Positions 52,078 through 64,000 of a DNA stretch of 64,000 nt are shown piece by piece. Position numbers and translations under genes: made by a program. Origin of the DNA: Lingula anatina (Eukaryota; Animalia; Brachiopoda); assembly GCA_051362555.1 (NCBI GenBank), contig CM120644.1:23210534-23274533 (forward strand), given 5' to 3'. Position 1 is the first letter of the stretch; each line of letters opens with the position of its first letter. The notes under the pieces are model-generated. The model did not search any database. It was not told the DNA's origin and was given only the letters and a program-made list of their open reading frames with translations.

Positions 52078-53107
52078 AAGGGCTTGTTTACTGCGCCGTA
52101 GAAAAAGGCCCAAATAAAGAACGCTTGCGTATTTTGTTCGAAGGGATAAATTGGGACGCACTGGCTATATTTAAACTGCCTTGTTTGCAGTTGCTGTATA
52201 ACAATGAGCAATATTAAGGGCAGGCAGACTGTATAAATTATCCAAAGCGTCAGCAAAAAAGAATGTCGCCCCTTGTGGTGCTAGAAGGATTACCTGTATG
52301 CTCTACTTTATATGCGTCTCCAGTACGTCTCACGTTGAATGGAAATAAATGATTAAAAAAAACTCGGAGGCTGGCGTAAAGATGGGGATTGGCCGTAAAT
52401 ACTTTGCTCTTATTAAATGTTGTTGTGGTGGTGTGTGTGTGTTTGGCGGAGGGGGAGGGGAGGAGGGTGAATGGGGGTAAGACCGAGGTAGGTGCACGTT
52501 TGGCCTATTAGAATTTTTATTTTGATCAGCTTCAAAAGTGTCGAATTTTTTTTTATTTAATGATTATTCTAAAAAAAAAACATTTAAATTTCCCCATTGC
52601 CTTCTGTTGTGACAGTAGCATAAAATGAAGTTAATGGGATTGAATGATTTAATGTATGAAATACTACAATTATCACAACTTCGTGATGATGACTTGGTAC
52701 AATGACATGTAGATCTACATCTCAGACAGTGGGACGGGAGTCTTGTCGGGGGTTTATTAATTAATTTATTTATTTATGTATTTATTTATTTTCGGCTGGC
52801 TCTGAATAACAATATGGTCAAGATTGCTGGTATGTTGATAACAATATGTCCACCTTTTCTAAATCATTGAATCCCTTTGAAATTGATAACTCCACAGTTG
52901 TGTTAAGAGCTGTTTTGCTGGTGGGTTAGGTGTGACTGCATGGATGCAGAATTTAAACCGTGACTAAACATGTCGACAAAATGAAGGCAACGAGTAGAAA
53001 AAAAAAGGATGTCACTTCCTTTGGTACTTGAAGAAGTATCCATCCTCTACTGTAAATACGTCTCCAAGTTGAGAAAAGATCTGTTGTTATACACGGTACA
53101 CCGAGGG

Positions 53108-53477
53108 CTGGTGTAATAAAGAGGGGATTAGTGTGTGTGTGTGTCAGTGTGTGTGTTTGTGTGCACGCACATGTGTGTTTGTGTGTATGTGTATGTTTGT
53201 GTGCATGCCTGTGCGTGTGTGTGCGTTTATGCGTATGTTTGTGTGCGTGTGTGTGTATACGTGTGTATTGAGGTGACAACCGGTGGTTTGACAGGAGTAG
53301 GTGGGTATTGTAAGGCCAGTACTAGTGTGACAGGAATGGTGGTCCGTAATGAACCGTAGACGGTCCCCCATTACTTTGTACAGGTGACATTCGTCGGCGT
53401 CCCATATACTAACCCCAATACTCCAAGTACCCAAACCTGCACTACCTTTCCTAGGGCTACCATTCCTGTGACACCGG
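53108..53477. mobile_element. Short non-autonomous TIR element with an internal (GT)n tract
   Basis: Termini ctggtgtaa... / ...tcctgtgacaccgg are of the same type as those of 61928-63337. Confidence 0.5.
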
Positions 53478-53921
53478 TTTGCATTTTTTTTACCCGTGTG
53501 AAGCTATTTGCTGAAATTCTTTAAAAGTGTTGAATGCGTTTTGCATTTGATTTTCACTGAATGATTCACTGCGCATTTTAAGATTTTTCAAAACCAACTG
53601 TGGCCCTCTAGAAATGTTGTGGCTCCTTAATTATTTTAGCATGGTAATTGGAGTAAATATCTGGATTGGTATACTTGTCGCAGCTCATGCAAATAGTATT
53701 TTGGATAAGTTTGGTTGAAAACAAGGCTCTTAGGCATTGCCTAATAAGGGAATGTTTTATGGTAAAGTCAACATGACAATGGAAAAGTTTCTGGAAATCA
53801 CCCCATAAACAATAAAAAGAACGTAATTACACGCGTGATCAGAACGGAGAATTAGAGTATAAATATGGGTAAAATTGTATGAAAAGTGAGTGGTGAATAA
53901 ATGATTGAAGACTCTACAACC

Positions 53922-54084
53922 TTTTTCTGGAACATTGCATGAAGTTGGGGATTGAGAAAAAATGCCGAGTCATTGCACTATGCTGCATATAAATATTCCG
54001 AAATTTAAAAGGCACGGATAGGCAGCATGGTTCAGTCAGAGTTATAACAGAGCTGCATTTCCGACAATGAATTACAGTTAGTCG
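53922..54084 (+). repeat. Direct repeat of about 163 bp, copy 1
   Basis: It is near-identical to 57646-57807. Confidence 0.9.
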
Positions 54085-57000
54085 TTTAATACCTTTAATA
54101 GTAAGAAATTTAGATAATTTTAATGTCACAATAGGTGTAATGACATGTCATTAAGTGAAAGTGTTTATTTGTATTTTTTTAATAAAGAAGAGTGTAGGCC
54201 CAATGTTGTAAAAGTTTTAAATTAGAGGACAAACTCTTTAAAAAAAAAGGGGGGGGAGGGTCGTGTTGTTAAGTCAATGGCTTCACTTATTAACTTAAGT
54301 AAACTTAAGTTAACTTAATAACTTAAGTAAAATCAAATAACGGAAAATCTAACGAAATTTAAAGTGCAAGATTGATGCCCTTAGGGTCAACAAGTCTGGG
54401 AAGTATTCCTGTTAGGAAAGGATATTATTGGACATAATGACATACAATTTTATTTGATTGGTTAATATCACAATAAAATTGTTCCAGCAACGTGTAAATT
54501 ACATGCAAAATAAGTTTTAGATACATCCAAATATGATGTACAGTGTAATTCATATAATAACTTAGATTTCTAATCGAAAACAGGAATCTTGGAGATTGCC
54601 TTCATAGAAAATATAGAATGATGGATTTACAATCAGAATTAAACAATCCTGGTATTCACGCAAAAGGAAGGCACTGTAACGAAAACAAGTGAATGCTGGT
54701 CCAAAAATTAGAAATACAGTATAAATACTCTTGAATTTGTATTTAAAAATAAATTTGGAAATAAAATTTTGAAAACAGGATGAGTAATTCTCCAAAGGGA
54801 AAATATTATCAAACAGAAAATAAGTCAAAATAATTCAGAACTTTTGTCTTTAACCACATTTTATTACACGTTTGTTACTACTTGTACTAAAAATAATATG
54901 CGACGCATAGCTTATGATTATTAAGCCATTTTGTTTCATACAGATTTAGATTATTAAACTTTCAGATAATTCGCAGGATTGTCTTTGTTGCAGTTCTACA
55001 ACTGCCTTGATGCAATGGAAAAGTTTCAGTTGTAAGTAACTCTTTTACTTCAGAACTCTGAAATAGACAGTGTCCTTTTACAGTGCGTAGAATAGCAATG
55101 AAGCGACCCATTTCAGCCCAAATATCAGACATACCATTGGCTTGTTATACTTTTATATCAATCAAAGTTCTCCGCTTCTTGGTGCTTTAATGAAAATATG
55201 TACCTTCTTTAGATACAATGGCGTCTGGGTTGTGTTGTCGTATGATTCAACCCTTTGGTAATTTATAACTTTACAAACCTCCATGTCTCTTCATAACAAA
55301 CAGTCATTTCTCGGTTACAAGTATTAGTTTTCATATATAACATATTTTGAACAAACTATTGTATACCAATAATACAATATTTTGTTGTAGGTTATGTTAG
55401 CAAAAAAATTAATTATCTTGGTAGTTGGATCTTGTATGATAATTATCAAACACAAGCTGGAACACTTTCATGCCGTTAGTTAATACATATATAAGATACA
55501 TAGATTTATAAAATAAATATATCATATTGGTATAGTTAAAAATTTAACTTATTTTAAGTTTTTCTAACGCAACTCCCTATAAAATCCAAAAAGAGACACC
55601 ACATAAACCACCAGTTTTCGGCATTTCACCAATTATTCTAAGAATAAGGTCATTCATTGGCCCACACTTACATTGCGCAAGAATGAACAACTCACATATG
55701 TTAATGTGTTTTATATTTATAAATACCCAGATAACAGTATGATAGGAAATATACAGTTTTCACAAAGGGTTCTGTATCTATATTATCTCTAAAAAACCGA
55801 AACAATATTTTGTAGTACATTGTTTATATATTCTATATACATTTTATAAATTATTTTAAAATATACATATGATTGTACAGTTTGCCATGATATATTACGG
55901 TTTGTGGATTATGACTATGAAATCTCGGTTATTAAATTATCATTATCAACACTACAATGACCATACAGTTGAAACATTTTTTTTAATAACTATACATGAT
56001 CTATATTTATATTGAGGTCAGATGTTATTGACTGTGTCTGTTATAAATATGTTACATTAGGCAAAAGATTCTCAATATATTGTGTTACAACCATCATACA
56101 CCATTAACCAGAGTGTATTCCATATATTTATAACATTATTTATAAGGGGAGTGGACTCAATTGTAGCTTGTGAAGAAATTAGATGTCCATATTGTCACTT
56201 CTGTATGAATTGACCTAATAAGCCATACTCACCACAATGACCACACGACCCGTGATAAAAGTGCTTGAGAAGCCATGTGTATTTTATCACCAAGGAAATA
56301 ATAACGACTCCAACCTCATGTCACAGACAGAACTATATAACTTAAGGATAGACGTGGAGCAAATGGTCCTTTAGAAGCAACGTTTTGTGCTACAGTCTGA
56401 AATACTTTAGATCTTGCATAAAAGTTATGGCTACCATGTTGTGAGTAACAAACATGAACGATATGTTAGTTTCCTTGCACAATAATCGAACTATGAGCAT
56501 TTGCAAAATAACCCTCAAGAGACCAAGCTATTTTACTGACTGAAATGACCAAGTGGGGTCATCTATGACCCCATTGTGCTCTGTACAAGGCTATAAAAGG
56601 CTGTTGAGGCTTTATCACACCCATACTACTCCCAGGATTTAAGACAAGTATTTTATAATGATCTAATGTAATAAGTATTTGGTAATAATACTTTTATTGC
56701 ATGAAATAACCAAGCACAGATTTTAAGAACAACATTACACCGGTATTTATACAGTCATTGTCAGTTTCCACTTGCAGAAATATTTCTCTTTTTATTTGCC
56801 ACACTAAATGAAAAAAGTACATTACAAAATTACTTTGAGTAAAAATAGTTTGATTTATGTTGAGATAGCATCCTGCTAGCTTCAATAAGAATAATTAGCT
56901 GACTTGCTGAGTAGGGAATACCCTAATGCTGGTAAGGAAGTCATACTACTCAGAACACATTCAATCAACCTACATGTATGTTACTACCACAGCTGTGTAT

Positions 57001-57645
57001 AAAACAAAATCCACACAAACAATTTGTTAATATATGTATAATATGATATCGACAGAATTATTTAGATTTCAGAAATACCCGAAAATTGTAACCGTCAAAA
57101 TGAGAGACCCAGTTATGAGAACAAGTTCCAACAAAGCTACTGAAATTAGATTCAGCGATGCACTATTAGTAACACTTCAAGCACAATCTTCACAAACCAC
57201 TTATTTGTGCCTATGTTTTGGGTACACTGGCTGGTTGCATGAAACACATGCATGTGACATTTTCCTGTCAGTGTTGCTTGGGCAAAACATTTGAATAAAA
57301 TTTAAAAACTAATATGTAAAAACCAATGCTTCTCTTTGGGGTCATAAATGACCCCACAAGAGTTTTTGATGTATACGCCACACTAATTGGTTGATCCCTA
57401 CAAAAAACTGTGAAAGTGTGTAGGATTAGTAGACTGACAAACTCATGCAAGGAAAGAAAATTCGAATAAAAAATAAAGAGATGGCACATTAAATCATATG
57501 ACTGGGGTCGTGAATGACCCCACTCGGTCACTTGAGGGATAATGAGGCAAAGGCTTAGAGAGCTATTATTGTATAACCCCAGGGACTGAGAAAACATTTA
57601 AATAGATTATCAGATGCGTTCAGAGCAAATAATTATATAATCTTT

Positions 57646-57807
57646 TTTTTCTGGAACATTGCATGAAGTTGGGGATTGAGAAAAAATGCCGAGTCATTGC
57701 ACTATGCTGCATATAAATATTCCGAAATTTAAAAGGCACGATAGGCAGCATGGTTCAGTCAGAGTTATAACAGAACTTCATTTCCGACAATGAATTACAG
57801 TTAGTCG
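57646..57807 (+). repeat. Direct repeat of about 163 bp, copy 2
   Basis: It is near-identical to 53922-54084. Confidence 0.9.
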
Positions 57808-59009
57808 CACATGTAGAACATTTTGAAATACTATACCAAACTATAAGCGACGATTATCTGGCCGAATATTCAGAAACTTTTAAACAGTGCTAAAAAACAA
57901 AGGTAAGTGGTAGAAATGTACCGTCTTGTGCAAAGGTGAGACCACGGATACAATTACACGGTAAACACAATATAGGTCATAATGCTAAGAGTAAGGCAGC
58001 TGGGGTAAGGGAAGTTGAGGTGGCCTCGTTTAAGGTGATGTATGACAGACCTAATTACCACTTCTTCCCCTACTGATGCTGCTGAGCGACAGCGACAGCG
58101 TTAATTGCCATCATCTCCGAGTCCAACCTGCCTATCTGATTATATGCCCGACAACACTCAACCATTGTTCATCTATATGTGGCATGTTTTCATTGTATTC
58201 TGACCTTTACCCGTCCTTTTGATAGTATTTTCTTTCTTGACGATGTCTTGGTTCCAAGGCTCAACTCTAATAATATAAATGTTACTCTTAAAAGATTTTC
58301 AATCGACGTTTTTGATGTGTGTATTTTAAAGCTCAGTTACAGATTATTTTTGCTGCCGATTTATTTCGTTTCTCTATATGATTTGCTGTGATGTGTTTTA
58401 AGACATCTTGATAGACTGTGATGTTGTTACATTTTTTGTTGAAATATTAAAGCTAATGAATGCTTGGACGCAACACATACACTGATAAACTACCCCTTGT
58501 TTAGTGGGAATTTCTGTTTTGTTAAATCTATTGTAAATTTTAAAATTCCATGTGTTGTTGACACTGAATGTTGAGAAATAAGGGGTCCAAAATACAAATT
58601 AAACTGCTTATTTTACGTTTTCCTTCAACCATCAATTTCAGCTACATTTTTTTTTTACAATGAAATGTTCAAGCTATTATGAATTTTAAACATATAGTTT
58701 AACGTACTTTAACCTGGCTTTGGCCTAACCTTTTAACATCATTTCCGATCATGAAAAACAACATGGTAGGGTACCCCCTGTAATTTTAAAACTATCTATG
58801 CTTCGTCGATTTACAATCGCAGGTACACGCATAACTGGAGGTAAAAAATAATGGATTTGGAACGCAGATCAAAAGGAACCCTCAGGTTGCAGAACCGTTG
58901 CAGAGCTTGGTTGATAACATGAATGGCTGTATACTTACAGTCATTAATACAAGTTTTGAAAGCGTGTCGAAATTATATGAAGTGCCGTAAAAACATTTTT
59001 TTTTTAATT

Positions 59010-61337
59010 ACCGGTAAGCAAATTGAAGAGTTCTTGACAAGACAAGAAGCATATACACTACATGCTAAAGCCAGAAAGAGATTCAGCACCGATAGTGTTG
59101 TTGTTCGTACAGAACAACATGGCAAGCGGATTTGGCTGACCTCAGCAAATCATCAAAATACCATAAACGAATGATTTTTTTTGTTAACTGTGATGGATGT
59201 GTTTACAAAGTAAGCACGGGTTGTGGCCATCAAATCAATAACTGCTGATAGTGTGTTAGAAGCTTTTAGTGATATTTTAGCCGAAAGTCAGAATTCGGCA
59301 ATACTACAAACAGATGAAGGGACAGCTTTTACAAATAAAACATTTCACGCATACCTGAAAGAAAAAGAAATATTTTTTTACAACAAAGTTTGAACAGAAA
59401 TGTTCTGTCATCGAACAGAACCTTGAAATCTCGCACAGACAAATATTTCACTGCCAACAGTACATTGACATATTTATATGCACACAACCAACCTTTAAGA
59501 GGATACAACACGACCGATCACAGGAGCATTGGTACGTCACCAGTCGGACGTGGTATGGAAAAACCTTTACAGGGGTATGACATTTGAAAAAGCAAAGTTT
59601 TAATTTAAGGTGTTAGACACCATAAGGTTGAGCAAACATAGAACTCTTTTTTTCCAAAGGCTACGAGCACAGTTGTTCGCAAGAGTTGTTCATGATAACA
59701 CCACGTTATGTCAGTGAGAGGGGAGCTGTATAGAGAGTACTACAAAACCTACAAAGACGACCACGTGATGCAGTCCGTGGATACTCATATTCTATAAAAT
59801 GATCCAGATGCGATGTGTGAAACTTTCATGCCGTTTAATAAGATCATCCTGGCTATAGCGTCCACAAGGTACGAGTTGGGAAGATTTGGGCAAGAGCGCT
59901 GGAAAAAAATGGAATTAGTATCCCATCAATATTCTAAAGACCCTCGTACAGTAGTCACAGATAATAATTTGTACGTCGCGGAATATATACGTTACTTTAC
60001 AGGAATTAATAACACGGTTAACGAGAGTAACTATGATGTTGGCTAGATGTACTCTCACTCAAAGGTGACGAGATGCAAATTCCTCCTGGCGCCAAGTTAT
60101 GTTGGTCACTTTGAGACTTAATTTTAGAGAGATTATTTAACTGAAATATATTATGAACCTTCCAACCCTGCTTGTTTTGGAAGTGTCGAAATTAAATGAA
60201 GAAGCTCACAAAGATTTATAGAATAACCCCTGCGCAACTGAAAGAATTCTTGACAAGACAAGAAACATATACACTATATGCTTAAGTCAGAAAAAGATTC
60301 CATACCAATTGTTATATTGTTGGCCTGGTAGTTCAGTAATGGCAAGCCGATTTAGCTGACTTCAGAAAAATATCAAAATAAAATGAAGGAATGATTGATG
60401 TATTTTCAAAGTACGCATAGGCTGTGGCCATCAAACCAGCAACTGCTTATAGTGTGTAAGAAGCATTGAGTAATATTTTAGCCGAAGGTCAAAATCCGGT
60501 AATCCTACAATCAGATGCAGGAGCATAATTTACAAAAAGAAAAATTCAGGCATACCTGGATTGCCTTTTTCACAACAAAGTTGGAACAAAAAATTTCGGC
60601 CGTCCTACGGTTTAAAAGATCCTTGAGATCTTGCATGAACAAGCATTTAGCCGCCAACAGTACACTGACATAGTCATAGGCACTCGAAAAACTTTTTATG
60701 GGATAAAACATGGCTGAACACAAGAGCATTGGTACAACACATCACCTATGGAGGCGTCAAAATAAAAATTCGGACGAGAAATAGAAAAAAACCTTTACAG
60801 GAGTATGACATTTGAAAAGACAAATTTTAAATTCAAGGTGGGAGACACCGTAAGGTTGAGAAACAAAACTCCCTGTGACAAAAGCCTCGAGCAGGGTTGG
60901 GTGCAGGAGTTGTTTGCGATAACGCAATGTTATGTCAATGAGAGAGAAGCTGTATACAGAGTTCTACAAAACTTACAAAGACGACCACGTGATGCAGTCC
61001 ATCGATACATTCATACCATAGTGATCATCCAGCAGCTATATGTGAAGCTTTCATGCCGTTTAAAAAGATAATCTTGATTGTAGACATTTAGAGAGGATAC
61101 TGAAATAGAATAAATTACGTTCCTTCTAATCCTGCAAATTTTGAAAGCGTGTTGAAATTAAACGAAGAAGCACAAAAGGATTAAAACTTTTAACCATAAG
61201 CAACTCAAAGAGTTCTTGATGAGACAAGTTTCATATACATGACATGCTAACAACAGGAAAATATTTCATACCAATTGTGTTGTTTTGGTCATACAGATCA
61301 GCAATGGAAAGCGTATTCAATTGACCTCAGCAAGGAG

Positions 61338-61411
<74 letters not shown>

Positions 61412-61587
61412 ACAAATATTTTCCCGCCAACAGTACAATGATATATTTATGTGCACTCAACCAGCTTTCGATGGGATACAAAAAAACTGAACACAGGGGC
61501 AATGGTAAGTCACCAAGGGAGGCGTAGATATAAAAAAAATCGTACGTGGTATGGAAAAACCTTCAGGCGTAATGAAATGCAAAAAAG

Positions 61588-61652
<65 letters not shown>

Positions 61653-62538
61653 AATTCAAGATTGACACTGTATGGTTGAACAAACATAAAACTCCCTTTG
61701 CCAAGAGTTGGGCACATGAGTTGTTTACAATAACCAAACGTTATGTTAATGAGAGAGGAGCTGGAGAGAGAGTTCTAGAAAAGCTACAAAGACAACCACG
61801 TGATGTAGTCCGTGGATGCACTCATACTCTATAAAATCATCCAGCTGCGATGTGTGAAGGTTTCATGCCGTTTAATAAGACCATCTTGGTTATAGCATCC
61901 ATGAGGTACCTAGTGGGACGATTAAAGCTGGTGTGGCAGGAGTGCACGTCCTAGTAACGGCAGGACACTAAGTCCTGGGAATGCAAGTCCTAGGGCAGGC
62001 ATTGCTAGAAATGGAAGACCTAGGACATACGTTACTAGGCTTCAATGTCCATAGGACAAAGGCTCCCAAGTAATGTAAGTCTTACGTGTAGTAATGCACG
62101 TCTTAATGGGACGTGCGTTCCTGACATTTTAGTAACGCATGTCCTATATAGTATACACCAAGGAATGACATGAATGAATAGATATAGAGACATACTAGTT
62201 TTAAACATATAATACACGTTTGCTTTATTCTATTTATATGACATTTTATCTTTATATTTTACAATGTTTTTATTTTCCGTTAGGCAGTTTATATGCATAT
62301 TAATGAAGAAGCAAAAACAATTTACTAATTTTATGTGTATTATTCATCTAGTAAACGCATATTTTTGGCGTACTCCTCCCTCAGTGTACAATATGTATGA
62401 GCCTGGTTTGCCCTATATTTTTTTAACAAAACAATGCAAAGGCCTTCCCTTATTTTCCTCCTTTGAGGTATATGTAAAGTGTATATTATTTCATGTCCTT
62501 TTCTACTGGAGTGTACCTTTTGTGTTTTGCGTCGAAAT

Positions 62539-62575
<37 letters not shown>

Positions 62576-63985
62576 AAAACCTTATTCCTAAGAAAAAATT
62601 TACTTTACACAAAACGCGGGATCTCCGTTGTTAGATTTATGTTTCGGTTTACACTCGCAGAAATTGAAAAATAACCTCGAAATCGATAGAAATTTGCTCT
62701 TGGAAAGTATGGGCTGAGATTTAAGACAAACCAAGACAGTTTAGAAATTGAAAATTGCAATATATGTATTTAATGGTCTGTAATAACCCTTTGCTATTTT
62801 GGTGCTTTGACACTTAAAAAACAAAACAAAAAAATTAGTTGTAAATGTAATGAGCACAGAATTTCGAACACATAAAAACACCATTAAACATATTGCTGCA
62901 AGTAATAAGGGGGGAAAGGTGGAGGGGGGGAAGGTCATGTCAAAGGTAGGTCTCGAACCCATAGATGTAACAGAACGATTCAAGAATTCTTACCTTACAG
63001 ACTTGCACGCTAACCACTACACGGAAGAGCTGACGTTGCAAACCATTCATTTTTGTCAGATATATGGCTCACAGGAAGGATTTCATATACATTTATAGTT
63101 TTATCATTTGACCGTATTATTGCCTAAGGATAGGACTTTCAAATAGCTGGACTTATATTACTGTCATGGTATAACAGGAATAAAAGTCCGACAGTAATGC
63201 AAGTCCTACCTACTCTAATTATGAGCCAGGAACCTAGGTCCCTGTAGGACTACTATTCCCAAGTAATGTTAGTCCTACAGACAACCTACATCCGTAGGAC
63301 CTCGGTTCCTGGGGGACTTGGATTACTGTTACACCGGTAATCCCACAGTCAGATGCAGGAACAGAATTTACAAAAAGAAAAACTCAGGCATACCTGAAAG
63401 AACAAGGAATAACCTTTTTCACAACAAAGTTGGAACAAAAATGTTCGGCCGTACAACGTTTTAAAAGATCCTCGAGATCTCGCATGGACAAAAATTTCGC
63501 CGCCAACATTACACTGACATATTTATATGCACTCGACCAACTTTTAATGGGATTAAACATGGCTGTAAACAAGAGCATTGGTACAACACATCACCAATGG
63601 AGGTGTCAAAATAAAATGAAAAAAAATCGGACGAGGAATGAAAAAACTTTACAGGAGTATGACATTTGAAAAGGCAAAGTTTAAATTCAAGGTGGGAGAC
63701 ACAGTAAGGATGAGAAACATAAAACTCTCTTTGACAAAAGCCTCGAGCAGGGTTGGGTGCAGGAGTTGTTTACAATAACGCAACAATTTGTCAATGAGAG
63801 AGAAGCCGCAGACAGAGTTTTACAAAACCTACAAAGACGACCACTGATGCAGTCCGTCGATACATTCATACTTTATGTGATCATCCAGCAGCTTTGTGCG
63901 AAGCTTTCATGCCGTTTAATAAGATCATCTTGGTTATAGCAGCTACGAGGTACGAGTTGGGAAGATTTGACCCGGAGCGCTAGAA
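59010..63985 (+). mobile_element. Tandem array of four decayed Polinton/Maverick-type (rve) integrase genes
   Basis: Units lie at about 59010-59900, 60085-61080, 61100-61915 and 63338-63985. Frame-broken motifs include YYEPSNPACFGSV, EFLTRQEAYTLHAKARKRF, WQADLAD, LTVMDVFTK, LQTDEGT, NRTLKSRTDKYFTANST, YNTTDHRSIGTSP and FKVGDTVRL. Confidence 0.85.
61928..63337. mobile_element. Non-autonomous TIR DNA element (about 1.4 kb) with aggac/gtcct subterminal repeats, interrupting the integrase array
   Basis: Termini are ctggtgtggcagga... / ...tactgttacaccgg, with many aggac/gtcct motifs near both ends. Integrase homology resumes immediately after it. Confidence 0.65.
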
Positions 63986-64000
63986 AAAGTCGAATGAGAA

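Larger units (their letters stand above)
41483..52500. repeat. Segmental duplication copy 3 (truncated gag remnant and complete CYP gene D), period about 11.7 kb
   Basis: It is colinear with about 29850-41205 through intergenic, intron and exon sequence. Confidence 0.9.

Overview
AT-rich, intron-containing eukaryotic DNA, probably from an invertebrate animal (a lophotrochozoan such as a mollusc is my guess, not something the sequence proves). The window holds a birth-and-death cluster of clan-3 cytochrome P450 genes (CYP3A/TBXAS1-like). Two copies look intact, each with 13 coding exons on the minus strand (31823-39434 and 43507-51177). A plus-strand pseudogene with three frameshifts (10652-16389) sits head-to-head with a 3'-only fragment (8632-10225). 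The cluster grew by segmental duplication of a unit that also carries tRNA-Asn(GTT) copies and a Gypsy gag-like remnant. Between the CYPs lies a compact 3-exon gene for a secreted single-VWD-domain protein (19113-21008, minus). The rest is mobile-element debris: L2/CR1 and L1/Tx1-type LINE pieces, a Tc1 transposase pseudogene, a non-autonomous Harbinger, MITEs, a Helentron-like insert and four tandem decayed Polinton/Maverick integrases. Exon coordinates were read by eye from splice signals and paralog alignment.
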